From assembly GCA_963668025.2 (NCBI GenBank), contig CAXXTH010000017.1:928001-992000 (forward strand): 64,000 bases of DNA. Reading direction: 5' to 3'. Shown here in pieces: positions 42,187 to 53,277 of this stretch (the first letter of the stretch is position 1; each line of letters starts with the position of its first letter). The translations under genes and the position numbers were made by a program. The notes below the pieces were generated by a model. That model saw nothing but the letters and a program-made list of their open reading frames with translations. It made no database searches and was not told where the DNA came from. This stretch comes from Candidatus Hydrogenedentota bacterium (lineage in GTDB: Bacteria > Hydrogenedentota > Hydrogenedentia > Hydrogenedentales > SLHB01).

Positions 42187-43204
42187 CAGAAAAAATCATG
42201 CACAACAGGATAAATCGACTCTTGAGCACTATTAGATGCGTAAGCCCTGCCCCCCAACTACAGCTCATTGAGATCCAAGCGGGAGCCGTGCAGCAGTATG
42301 AATACGCGCTGCTGGCCACTTCGCTGACAGACCCCCTATCGGCCTTGGCCCAGCATTATCGCGACCGGGGCGATGCGGAAAACATCTACGATGAACAGAA
42401 AAACCAGTGGGGGTGGGGCGGGTATACCACCCACGATATGAAGCGCTGCCAAATCATGGCGCGAATCATAGCCCTGATTTACAATTGGTGGTCTTTGTAC
42501 GTGCGCTTGGCGATTCCGGAGCGCCACGCCGAAGCGATCACAAGCCGCCCTCTGCTGCTGTATGGTGTGGGACAGCAGACCCGCCACGGAGGCCAAACCA
42601 CGCTCACCATCACCCCCGTGCATGCGCAAGGACATGCTATGGAACAAGTTCTGAAATCCGTAAACGCCTTTTTATTGGAGGTGAAAGCAACTGCGCGGCA
42701 GTTGAACTGGAACGAACGATGGCGGACGATCCTCAGCCGGATCTTCGCCAAAATACTCGAGGGAAGGCCGCTGGCCACCCCCAACCTGCTGTCGGCGCCA
42801 ACGTAAAGAGCGGGCCAGGACAGTTATTTCTTTACAAAATTGGGCCGGAAAAATCCCAAAGCAAGTTCCTACTGCCTTTTTTAGGTTGAATCGATTTGCG
42901 TGACCGCTTGATAAGACTAGGTTTATCATATGTGAAAACTGCGGCGATTATTTCAGCGATCAGGGGTATGGGCAGCCTCCACGCCAGTGTCTTAGCCCCA
43001 GCTTCAACAAGAAAACTAGGAGTTTTTTCATTGCAGGTATGTCGCGCTTTAAATGGTTGCATTCTTCGCGGCTCGCGTGAAATAGATGAGTAAGACTGGC
43101 GCGCCGTACTATCAACAGGAATCCCATTCGATTGATACGCACGCAAAGGTAAACGAGAATAAACAATGTTATGTCGTTGCATTGGATTGTGGGTAACGTC
43201 CACA

Positions 43205-43741
43205 TCAGGCATTTTCTGCATTATCCGGTGACAGAATGATTCGCGCTGGAACGCCAACCGCTAATGCGCCGGGAGGCACGTCATGCAGCACCACGGCGTT
43301 CGCGCCGATCCGGGCGTGATCTCCAATCACCACATTCCCTAGGATTTTCGCACCCGCCCCAATATCGACATGCCCGCCTAGTTTGGGGACATCAAGCTTT
43401 TTTGATTCAGTCACGGTTCCCAGAGTGACTTGATGAAAAATGAGGCAATTAGGGCCGATCTCCACGGAAGGATGGATAACGACGCCATTTGGGTGTATCA
43501 ATAACAATCCGCCGCCTATCTGTGTCGTAAGCTGAATCTCCGCACCCGTCACCACGCTCCAAAACCGGTGCCGTAAGGCATGCCAGCGGGCGATACACCG
43601 TCCTGCGATTCCCCAGCGGTTGCGCCAATATTGATAGCGGCGAATCGAATGGAGAAGCTGGCGGGAGGGATCCCACCATTGCCGCCGGCTCTCCCGGCTC
43701 CAGTCTGGGACGCTTGCGGAGACATTGGATTTGCCTGCCAA
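43205..43741 (-). CDS. Serine acetyltransferase-like hexapeptide acyltransferase
   Basis: GAGGAGG RBS before TTG; IGGGLLLIHPNGVVI, IGAGAKILG, IGANAVV, VGVPAR. Confidence 0.85.
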   Translation of the reverse strand: MAGKSNVSASVPDWSRESRRQWWDPSRQLLHSIRRYQYWRNRWGIAGRCIARWHALRHRFWSVVTGAEIQLTTQIGGGLLLIHPNGVVIHPSVEIGPNCLIFHQVTLGTVTESKKLDVPKLGGHVDIGAGAKILGNVVIGDHARIGANAVVLHDVPPGALAVGVPARIILSPDNAENA

Positions 43742-43776
43742 TTGGAGTAGCCTCCTCTCTTCAGCCTGTTGCCCGA

Positions 43777-44757
43777 TCAAGCCCTGCAAGCTTCTTCGGG
43801 TATCCGGGCATACGTCCGCCCATTGCGCAGCACATCCTCCGCGCGTGCGATGGATTGGGCCAGTTGTAAAGTGAAAGCGGTTCCATATGGGCTCCCCATC
43901 TGCCCTCGAACCGCAGCCAGCCAATCTTCAAGCGCCACTGATTCCGCACACAACGGATGCATTTCCCGCCCGGAAAGCCGCGCGATGCCGCCTACATACT
44001 CGAAGACATCATACGCGCCCCGCACCACGACAGGCTGGCCCGGAGCGGCCCCTTTCCGGCATGCCACGGCGAAGGTATGGCCATTCGCGTATTCCAGCGT
44101 CAACAAAGCCCCGCCGTTTTCATAGGCCCCCGCGGAACAAATCCGAACCGGACTCGATTCACCCGTGGCCAGCATGACGCCCGCCAAGCATCGCGGCAGC
44201 TCCATTCCCGCGCATTCCAGATCGCATGCCGCCTGGCTCCAGCGCGGCGCGCCCAACCGCCCTTCCTCGATTATTCGCCGAAGCGACAGCCATACGCCCC
44301 ATTCCGAACCGGACGGCAACACATGCAGCGCTTTACCCGAACGGGCCGCCGCGCCATCCAGCATACGGGCCTCCGCTGCACCTGGCCATGCCGAAGCCGC
44401 ATATGCGGCGTGGCAGCCCGCGTCCAGCACATCGCACGCCAGTTTTGGGCGCAGCGCATCCGGTGCGGCGATAACCACGCCATCTATCTTCGCCTCACTC
44501 AAGCATACGCGCCCAGCCATCCACTCCGCGGCCGTTCGCCAATGCGCGGCAAGCGCCGCGCCATCCAGCCGGGCAAGCGCTCCACGCCAAACGGCGGCAG
44601 CCGGTTCGCCGCCGATGACGCCGATACGCAGCGGGCTTGTTACCGGAGAAGAGAAACCACGGGCGCCCGGATCCCATGCCAAACAGCCCAATCCGGCTGC
44701 GCCTCGAACCAAGAAATCACGCCGCGACATTGCCGTTATGGATGCGCCTGCCATCAT
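43777..44757 (-). CDS. Tat-signal Gfo/Idh/MocA-like oxidoreductase (divergent)
   Basis: SRRDFL signal; LRIGVIG; IDGVVIAAPD; IEEGRLG. Confidence 0.6.
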   Translation of the reverse strand: MMAGASITAMSRRDFLVRGAAGLGCLAWDPGARGFSSPVTSPLRIGVIGGEPAAAVWRGALARLDGAALAAHWRTAAEWMAGRVCLSEAKIDGVVIAAPDALRPKLACDVLDAGCHAAYAASAWPGAAEARMLDGAAARSGKALHVLPSGSEWGVWLSLRRIIEEGRLGAPRWSQAACDLECAGMELPRCLAGVMLATGESSPVRICSAGAYENGGALLTLEYANGHTFAVACRKGAAPGQPVVVRGAYDVFEYVGGIARLSGREMHPLCAESVALEDWLAAVRGQMGSPYGTAFTLQLAQSIARAEDVLRNGRTYARIPEEACRA

Positions 44758-44991
44758 GTAGCCTCTATTCCTTAACCTGTCACGCACGATAAAAAATGCT
44801 TGCCAACAGAACCACCGTAACAAACGGTACTCGATTCGAGCCTGGCAAGTCCAAATGAAGATAAGCCATGGATGGGAAAGAAAGCAGAAATCAGGAAAGT
44901 TACGACAAACTTGAACCGATGGCGTTCTTCGCGTAGCCTTTAGGTGTCAAGGCGCTGGTGAAACCACTCCTCGGACAAGCCACTACGAAAC

Positions 44992-45066
44992 GCCCCGATA
45001 GTTCAACGGATAGAACGGCCGCCTCCTAAGCGGCAAATCCGGGTTCGACTCCCGGTTGGGGCGCCA
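44992..45066 (+). tRNA. tRNA-Arg (CCT)
   Basis: GCCCCGA/TTGGGGC acceptor stem, GCCGC-CTCCTAA-GCGGC anticodon arm, GGTTCGACTCC, CCA. Confidence 0.95.
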
Positions 45067-45121
45067 TCCTTTGTTAGGCGGCGCACCTAATTGCGGGCGC
45101 CGTGGTATGAAGAGGCATAAA

Positions 45122-46111
45122 ATGATCAAGCACATGGCAATAATAGACAACCGCATCGTAGAATCCACTGAGGGAATCGGGGAGGTTCTGGTCGCAAGTG
45201 CTCCGAATGAGTGCGAACGGGCGGTCATCCAAGAACAGTTTGCTCTAGATGAGTATGATCTGAACGCGATGCTCGATCTAGATGAAGTTCCTCGACTCGA
45301 GTTCGCCGACGGACGGGCGCTTCTTATCTGGAAAATGCCTGAGACCACATCGGTTTCTGAAGCCATTGAGCTTGCCGTGAGTGTAATTGGCCTGTCGCTC
45401 CTCGAAAATCGGCTCGCCTTTGTGCGGGGTTCGGCAGAGCTCTCCTTCGCGGACAGGGAATTCCGCAAGGTCAGCGATGTCAGGGATGCAATGCTGGCAT
45501 TTCTACTTCGCACCGTCCGCCACTTCGTGGGCCACCTAAGAGTCATAAAGCAAATCAGCACCGAGTTGGAGGAGAAAATTACCGTATCAATGGAAAACAA
45601 GCATCTACTGCAGATGTTCAGTCTGAGCGAGAGTCTTGTTTATTATGTGGACGCTATCGAAGGGAACGCGGTTGTACTGGCAAAACTGCGAAGCCTCGGT
45701 GTCCAGCTCGGATTTTTACCTCGGCATCTTGAGATGCTTGATGATGTAATTCTCGAGAACACTCAAGCCGCGCGGCAAGCAAGCATCTACAGTTCTGTGC
45801 TCAGTGGCCTGATGGATGCTCGTGGCACTATTGTGAACAACAATATGAATGTCCTGCTCAAGAATCTCACCCTGATCAACATCGTGTTCCTGCCTCTAAA
45901 TCTTATCGCCAGCATCGGGGGCATGTCGGAGTGGAGCATGATGACCCAAAGACTTGATTGGAGGCTGTCTTACATTCTGTTCTGCCTCGGGATGGTGATC
46001 TTAGGCTGGGGCATGTGGATTTTTATGAAGAAGGTGATCGATCGACGCCCGGCGCGTGCGGGCAATAGAGCTGCCCGAACGTTGCACGAACCCCGTCTAA
46101 CAAGCCGATGA
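45122..46111 (+). CDS. CorA-family divalent cation transporter
   Basis: LSESLVYY, MDARGTIVNNNMN, two C-terminal TMs with GGMS (GMN variant). Confidence 0.88.
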   Translation: MIKHMAIIDNRIVESTEGIGEVLVASAPNECERAVIQEQFALDEYDLNAMLDLDEVPRLEFADGRALLIWKMPETTSVSEAIELAVSVIGLSLLENRLAFVRGSAELSFADREFRKVSDVRDAMLAFLLRTVRHFVGHLRVIKQISTELEEKITVSMENKHLLQMFSLSESLVYYVDAIEGNAVVLAKLRSLGVQLGFLPRHLEMLDDVILENTQAARQASIYSSVLSGLMDARGTIVNNNMNVLLKNLTLINIVFLPLNLIASIGGMSEWSMMTQRLDWRLSYILFCLGMVILGWGMWIFMKKVIDRRPARAGNRAARTLHEPRLTSR

Positions 46112-46156
46112 AGCTTGCCTGTTCTCCGTAGCGCCTCGCTGTTTGTTAGCGGCGCG

Positions 46157-47089
46157 CTAACTGGATGCGGCTTGGGCGACATGGGATGGCCTTAGCGAGA
46201 GCACGGGGCATAACGCGCGGCGGACGACTTTATCGGCTACGCTCCCAAATAAGAAGTGCGAAATGCCGCTCGCGCCATGTGCGGGCATCACAATAAGGTC
46301 CGCCGCAAGCTCTTCGGCGGTGTGGCAAATTTCGCGGTAAGGCACGCCTATGGCTAAGCGCGATTCGACGGGAACGCCTTCTATGCCCTTTTCAAGCCGC
46401 GCCAGCGCTTCATGCGCATGGGCGTCTATATCCGCTCCAAAATACCCCACTGTATCAGGGGCGTATTCTGGCATCACGATGGCCGCCTCGGTGACATGGC
46501 AGAGGGCCAGGCCGGCGTTGAATTCGCGGCATAGTGAGGCCGCATAGAGCAGGGCTTGATCGGCATATTCGGAAAAATCCGTTGGGAATAGTATTTTGCG
46601 GATATGCAGGTCGAGTTCACTTCCATCCACGAATTCATGCTCGGGGTGCTTGATGCACAACACGGGAACCGTGGCGTTGCGCACGACGCGCTCCGCCACG
46701 CTGCCAAACACCATGTGGTCGAAACCGGTGCGGCCATGGGTGGCGATGGCGATGAGCCCGCAGTTTTGCTCTTCCGCAAGCCGGACAATCTCCGCATCGG
46801 GCCGGCCTTGCACCATAAAGCTGACTACGTCCACGCCTTCGCTAGAGATAATGCGCTCCACGCATGCCAGCCGTGTTTCCGCTTGCTGCCGCATGGCGGC
46901 CGAGGCGCGCTCGGGGATATTCGAAGCGCGCCACATGCCATGCTTGCCGCCGGAAAGGGCCGGATCAAGCACATGGGCCAAATAAATGGGCCCTCCAAAT
47001 TTCTTGGCGAAGGCAATGGCGTATTTCATGGCATATAGAGCGTAATGGGAAAAATCGGTGGGAAATAGGATAGGGCTCTTGTGAAACAT
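46157..47089 (-). CDS. Tandem-domain universal stress protein
   Basis: Two ILFPTDFS ... HGR/HGA...FGSVAE/DxVVR domains. Confidence 0.93.
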   Translation of the reverse strand: MFHKSPILFPTDFSHYALYAMKYAIAFAKKFGGPIYLAHVLDPALSGGKHGMWRASNIPERASAAMRQQAETRLACVERIISSEGVDVVSFMVQGRPDAEIVRLAEEQNCGLIAIATHGRTGFDHMVFGSVAERVVRNATVPVLCIKHPEHEFVDGSELDLHIRKILFPTDFSEYADQALLYAASLCREFNAGLALCHVTEAAIVMPEYAPDTVGYFGADIDAHAHEALARLEKGIEGVPVESRLAIGVPYREICHTAEELAADLIVMPAHGASGISHFLFGSVADKVVRRALCPVLSLRPSHVAQAASS

Positions 47090-47146
47090 GGCGCTATCTC
47101 CTCAGCATGCCGCCTAAAAACCAGACCGCTGCTTTTGATAGATATC

Positions 47147-48010
47147 TTACCGCTGGCGCGATGGAGGCGCAAGCTTCTTGTGGACAGGCCCGGGAGCCAC
47201 CTCATGTAATTCCTGAATGGCTTCGAGAAGGGCTGCCGCTTCCGTCCACGGTAAAAAATGATTCCGCCCTTCGAAGGTGTTCACCCGCTTGAGCACGCCA
47301 GGCGGCAAATGTTTTTGGATATACGCTACATTGGCATACGGAGTAAAGGTGTCTTCCGTGCCATGGAATACAATCACCGGACATCGGATGCGCCCCAGCA
47401 TTGGAGCCAGTTCTTTGAGTTGCTTTTTCAGTGACACCGCCTCCATCCGGGCATTGCGCAAACTCGAAGGCATGAGCCTCCGAAACCATTTTGAACGAAA
47501 CACTTTTTTCACCGGTGAGGGCGGTTCAAGCAATTCCGGATCCAGGGCCGCGCCGATTAACACCAAGCCGCCTACTTGTTCCGGGAACTCCGCGGCGGCG
47601 CGGCAGGCCACCGGCGCTCCGTAGGAATGGGCCACCAGAATGGGCCAGCGCTCGTTGCGCTCGACGAGCAACGGCTTGAGGGCTTGCGCTTGTTTGCTTA
47701 GGGTGGGAAAGGCTTTTTCTGGGAGTGTCGCACCAAATCCAGGCCGATCATAGGCGGTAAATTCCATTCCGGGTAGCGGCGAGTGTAGCAGTGGGCTCCA
47801 TTCGGCTGCGAAGCCTGGCGTGCCATGGATGAAGATGACCCGCTGGCCTTCTTTATCACCCGCGCTATACCAGGTAATAGCGCCTTCCTTCCAGGCCGAT
47901 TTTTCTTCTTGGGCTCCGAGCAAACTTTCCACCGGAAGGGCATGCGCCTCTAATCCCACAGCCGCAGCTATTCCAACCGCGATCCATATGCGCCCGAGAA
48001 TTCCACTCAT
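47147..48010 (-). CDS. Secreted alpha/beta hydrolase
   Basis: Signal peptide; FIHGTPG, DRPGFG, AHSYG, HGTED, NHFL. Confidence 0.88.
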   Translation of the reverse strand: MSGILGRIWIAVGIAAAVGLEAHALPVESLLGAQEEKSAWKEGAITWYSAGDKEGQRVIFIHGTPGFAAEWSPLLHSPLPGMEFTAYDRPGFGATLPEKAFPTLSKQAQALKPLLVERNERWPILVAHSYGAPVACRAAAEFPEQVGGLVLIGAALDPELLEPPSPVKKVFRSKWFRRLMPSSLRNARMEAVSLKKQLKELAPMLGRIRCPVIVFHGTEDTFTPYANVAYIQKHLPPGVLKRVNTFEGRNHFLPWTEAAALLEAIQELHEVAPGPVHKKLAPPSRQR

Positions 48011-48330
48011 GGCTGGCCCTCAACCTTTTATCGATCCAGTAGAAAAGCATATCATAATTGCATGCCAAGACTGGGCGAAGCATGAAAATGTACTTACATC
48101 CGTCCAATGCATGCCGAAACGAAGAGTAATGTGTGCATTTTATGGTTTCGTAAGCTGTGCGCCAATATTTTGTTAGAGCGTTATTATTTACCAGGCGGCG
48201 AAGGAGAGTAAGTGACAAATGGGCCAAGACCTGTCATACTAGCCAGGGCAGCCGCGTGGGAGAAAATGGGCGCGGCGCATACGGGTAATGAAGCCCGCAA
48301 TCTCTGTTACAGAAAGGAGGGAAACAAGGC

Positions 48331-48504
48331 ATGTTCGGCATAGATGATCCGTTAATCTGGTCGGCGTATCTCGGCTGCATTCTAAGCACGCTGTTATGCG
48401 TGGTGTATGGCATGGTGAACTGGAACCGCGGCGCGGACGATGAACCCACCAAAGAAGATGTCGATTGGGCCTCGGAAGAAGACAAAATCGGCGAAGAACT
48501 ATAA
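48331..48504 (+). CDS. Symporter small accessory membrane protein
   Basis: AGGAGG RBS; MFGIDDPLIWSAYLGCILSTLLCVVYGMVNWN; sits upstream of the SSS gene; 57 aa, missing from the ORF track. Confidence 0.85.
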   Translation: MFGIDDPLIWSAYLGCILSTLLCVVYGMVNWNRGADDEPTKEDVDWASEEDKIGEEL

Positions 48505-48594
48505 GTACATCGTGTATGCCCGGCGGCCATGCAATGTGGATCTGCCGGAAATAACCATTTGAGCTCGGGCGTATTTCAATCAGGGGGAATTACC

Positions 48595-50436
48595 ATGAGC
48601 GTGGAATTACTGGCGTTTGTCGCAATTCTGTATTTGGGCGCCGTGGCCTATCTGGGCTTCCGGGGCTACCAGGCCACCCGGTCCACATCGGACTATCTCG
48701 TCGCAGGCCGCAAAACCCATCCGTACGTGATGGCGCTGTCATATGGCGCTACTTTCATCAGCACGTCCGCCATCGTCGGCTTCGGAGGCGCGGCGGCGGC
48801 TTTCGGAATGGGGCTATTGTGGCTCACTTTCCTCAATATTTTTGTGGGGATATTTCTCGCCTTTGTCGTGTTCGGCAAGCGCACGCGGCTGATGGGCCAC
48901 CGCTTGCAGGCGCACACGTTCCCGGAACTCCTGGGGCGTCGCTTCAATTCGCGCTTCATCCAGGGATTTTCTGGATTAATTATTCTGCTGTTTATGCCGC
49001 TATATGCGTCGGCCGTGCTGATCGCGGCGGCGCGCTACATCGAAACCACCTTCACCGCCGTGAATTATGAAGTGGCGGTGGTGCTGTTTAGCATCCTCAT
49101 CGCGGGCTATGTGGTGGCGGGTGGCCTTAAAGGCGTCATGTACACCGACGCCTTCCAGGGCGTCATCATGTTTGTGGGCATGGTGATTTTACTAGCGTTC
49201 ACCTATGGCCAATTGGGCGGCATCGTGACGGCCCATCGCAGACTCGCGGACTTGCCCGCCCAGATCGACGCCCAGTATCAAGAACTAACTCCAGCGATAC
49301 GCGGGATAGCACCGCCGGATGTGCAGGATGCCCAATTGTTCGGCTGGTTCGCGGGCAAAGCTACGGCATTGAAAGAAATGTCGGAGAAGAGCGACGCGGA
49401 GAAAGCCGCCGCCATGGGCGCCGATCCCTCCTTGAAAGCCGTGGGCGGCCTTCTCAAGGAAAATCCGGCCCTGACGAATAAGCTCGTCATCGCCAAACTG
49501 GCGAAAGGCGGTTTCTTGGGCTGGACGAACATGCCCGCCACCGGCAGCTCGATGTTTTACGTCCTTGTGACCAGCATCATCATGGGCGTGGGCATAGGCG
49601 TGCTGGCCCAGCCGCAGCTCACCGTGCGATTCATGACGGTTAAGAGCGCGCGCGAGCTGAACCGGGCCGTGCTCGTGGGCGGCGTGTTCATTCTCGCCAT
49701 GACCGGCGTGGCCTTCATCGTCGGCAGCCTCTCGAATGCCTGGTTCGCCGATCCGGCGAATGGCGGCAAAGTGTCGCTTGCGGCCGTTCCGGGAGGAAAC
49801 ATAGACTTGATCATACCGCTGTTCATCAAGCAGGCCTTGCCGCAGTGGTTCGGGGCGATCTTCATGCTGACCTTGCTATCGGCGGCCATGAGCACCTTAA
49901 GCTCCCAATTCCACGCCATGGGCACTTCGATTGGGCGCGACTTTTACGAAAAGGGCATATTGGGGGCGCACGATCACCAAAGCACCGTGCTCATCACGCG
50001 CGCGGGCGTTATCTTGGCTATATTGGCCACGATGGTGCTCTCCTTTATATTGCCCGAAGGCATCGTCGCCGCGGCCACGGCCATTTTCTTCGGTTTGTGC
50101 GCCTCATCTTTCCTGCCCATGTATATTGGCGGCTTATTCTGGAAGGGCATGACCAGGGTGGGAGCCGTATCAAGCCTGTGCGCGGGTTTTGGCGTGAGTT
50201 TTTTCTGGCTCATGTTTGTCCAACAGCCTAAAAGCACGCTGGATGCGATACTCGCGCGGGCGCTTTTTGACAAGGCGACGGTGTTTCCCGAGCCAATTTT
50301 TGGGATTCATTGGAATTGGACAGAGGCGTTATTCGTAGCGCTGCCCATCTCGGCCATCGTGGCGGTCGCTGTAAGCCTTGCCACGAAACCGGAATCCGCC
50401 GAACATTTAGCAAAGTGCTTCAATAAAACAAATTGA
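48595..50436 (+). CDS. Sodium:solute symporter (SSS)
   Basis: DYLVAGR, SYGATFISTSAIVGFGG, GGLKGVMYTD, LSAAMSTLSSQ. Confidence 0.93.
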   Translation: MSVELLAFVAILYLGAVAYLGFRGYQATRSTSDYLVAGRKTHPYVMALSYGATFISTSAIVGFGGAAAAFGMGLLWLTFLNIFVGIFLAFVVFGKRTRLMGHRLQAHTFPELLGRRFNSRFIQGFSGLIILLFMPLYASAVLIAAARYIETTFTAVNYEVAVVLFSILIAGYVVAGGLKGVMYTDAFQGVIMFVGMVILLAFTYGQLGGIVTAHRRLADLPAQIDAQYQELTPAIRGIAPPDVQDAQLFGWFAGKATALKEMSEKSDAEKAAAMGADPSLKAVGGLLKENPALTNKLVIAKLAKGGFLGWTNMPATGSSMFYVLVTSIIMGVGIGVLAQPQLTVRFMTVKSARELNRAVLVGGVFILAMTGVAFIVGSLSNAWFADPANGGKVSLAAVPGGNIDLIIPLFIKQALPQWFGAIFMLTLLSAAMSTLSSQFHAMGTSIGRDFYEKGILGAHDHQSTVLITRAGVILAILATMVLSFILPEGIVAAATAIFFGLCASSFLPMYIGGLFWKGMTRVGAVSSLCAGFGVSFFWLMFVQQPKSTLDAILARALFDKATVFPEPIFGIHWNWTEALFVALPISAIVAVAVSLATKPESAEHLAKCFNKTN

Positions 50437-50664
50437 GCCATATAATGCGGGCATTCACTCCCAAGGCTTCGCTCCACGTGAATGCCCGCTTTTTCGCGAA
50501 TTTCTCCCCAGGCCTCCGCGTGCAGGCGTGATTTTCTTGCACTGTGTTCGGACGTATGCTATAGTCCCGTGTTGCGTCTGGCGCTGTACAGGGGCATTGT
50601 CTGCGTTGTTCATCTCATTTCAGATGGCGCGGGCAGGCCTGTGCGCGGCGCTCGGGAGAACAGG

Positions 50665-51117
50665 GTGATTGAACGGACATTCGTAATGATAAAGCCTGAC
50701 GGCGTAGGCCGGCGGCTGGTGGGCGAGGTGATTCGGCGCTTCGAGCGCAAGGGCCTCACGTTGGTGGGATTGAAAATGCAGATCATCCCGCGCGGCCTCG
50801 CCGAGAAGCACTACGCCGAGCACAAAGGCAAAGGGTTTTACGACGATTTGTTGGCGTTCATCACCACCGGGCCAACCGTCCAAATGGTGTGGGAAGGCCT
50901 CAATGCCATTGCCGTGGTGCGCAAATTGAATGGCGCGACCAATTCGCAAGAGGCGGTTCATGGCACGATTCGCGGCGATTTTGGATTAACGGTCCAGAAC
51001 AATATTGTCCACGCCTCGGATAAGGCGGAGACAGCGGAGCGCGAGATCGCACTCTATTTCGATGCATCCGAGCTGATTACGTATGCTATGCCCGACGGCC
51101 ATTGGCTTGGGGCGTAA
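50665..51117 (+). CDS. ndk: Nucleoside diphosphate kinase
   Basis: ERTFVMIKPDG, GTIRGDFG, NIVHASD. Confidence 0.96.
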   Translation: MIERTFVMIKPDGVGRRLVGEVIRRFERKGLTLVGLKMQIIPRGLAEKHYAEHKGKGFYDDLLAFITTGPTVQMVWEGLNAIAVVRKLNGATNSQEAVHGTIRGDFGLTVQNNIVHASDKAETAEREIALYFDASELITYAMPDGHWLGA

Positions 51118-51151
51118 CTGCGCATAATCTTGACAAGAAAGGAGGAGGCGC

Positions 51152-51241
51152 ATGGCCGGAGGTAGAAAAGTGCGGCGGGCGAAGATCGCCAAGCATAAAC
51201 GCAAAAAGAAGCGTCGCGCGAACCGCCATAAGAACAAATAG
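51152..51241 (+). CDS. Small basic AURKAIP1/COX24-type protein (ribosomal bS22-like)
   Basis: AGGAGGAGG RBS; MAGGRKVRRAKIAKHKRKKKRRANRHKNK (29 aa). Confidence 0.8.
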   Translation: MAGGRKVRRAKIAKHKRKKKRRANRHKNK

Positions 51242-51413
51242 TAGGTCCTAAGCCTGCGTGTCCTGTTTATTTCCAGGCGCATCGAAAGCCGGTGCGCGCT
51301 CGGGAAACAGCATAGTTCCTATCGGCTTCGGCCCCGTGTATGCGGGGCCGAAGCCTTCTGAATGTGTTGGCCGCGAACAAGCCACGGCCTAGTGACAAAA
51401 AGGAGCCTGGAGC

Positions 51414-51857
51414 ATGGCTGGCGACGAGCCAAAGATTTTCATCGACGAAGGCTGGAAAGCCCAAGTCCAGCGGGAAAAAGAATTGGCCGAAGAGCAAGCT
51501 CGCGCCACCGCTGGGACTGAACCGGACGGTGAGGATGCCGAGCAGGAAGAAAAAGGCACACCGTTCATGATGCTGGTGAACAGTTTGGCGACGCAAGCCC
51601 TGTTCGCTCTGGGCCTCATCACCCCGCCAAATTCGAAGCAAGTATACATCGATATTGAAGAGGCGGGTTTTTCCATTGAGATGCTGCTCGTTCTCCGCGA
51701 GAAGACCAAGGGCAATCTAGAGCCTGAAGAAGAAGGCATGCTGGCGGAGAGCATTTCCGAACTGCAGCGGGCGTACGCGGTGCGTGCGCAGCAAGTGCAG
51801 GAAGCCGCTCTCAAAAACGCGGGTGTCCATCCGAACCATCTCAAGAACCGGCCCTAA
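51414..51857 (+). CDS. DUF1844 protein
   Basis: KIFIDEGWK, SLATQALFALG, LREKTKGNL. Confidence 0.85.
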   Translation: MAGDEPKIFIDEGWKAQVQREKELAEEQARATAGTEPDGEDAEQEEKGTPFMMLVNSLATQALFALGLITPPNSKQVYIDIEEAGFSIEMLLVLREKTKGNLEPEEEGMLAESISELQRAYAVRAQQVQEAALKNAGVHPNHLKNRP

Positions 51858-51897
51858 CCGGCAGGCTCGCGGCTGTTATTTTACGTGCGTTCTATGA

Positions 51898-53229
<1,332 letters not shown>

Positions 53230-53243
53230 GGTTTTTATTTACG

Positions 53244-53273
53244 AAAGGCATGGGCCATCGCCCATGCCTTTTT
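53244..53273 (+). terminator. purA terminator; target hairpin of the group IIC intron
   Basis: AAAGGCATGGGC-CATC-GCCCATGCCTTTTT, followed by CGAT and the intron start. Confidence 0.85.
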
Positions 53274-53277
53274 CGAT

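Larger units (their letters stand above)
40644..42249 (-). mobile_element. ISAs1-family element, copy 2, intact, 1606 bp
   Basis: IR CAGGGCTTACGCATCTAA; 10-bp TSD CCCCCCAACT. Confidence 0.94.
39637..42806 (+). pseudogene. IS1380 transposase split by ISAs1
   Basis: N-terminal part (to PSPQL) and C-terminal part (PQLQLIEIQ...) match 26454-28007. Confidence 0.9.
39579..42885 (+). mobile_element. IS1380-family element, copy 2, interrupted by ISAs1
   Basis: CCTAAAAA...TTTTTAGG ends; TSD TTGAA; 1691 bp after removing ISAs1 plus its TSD. Confidence 0.9.

Noticed and set aside
42832-43257. 141-aa minus-strand ORF
   Set aside because: It runs into the IS1380 end, with no recognisable motif or RBS.
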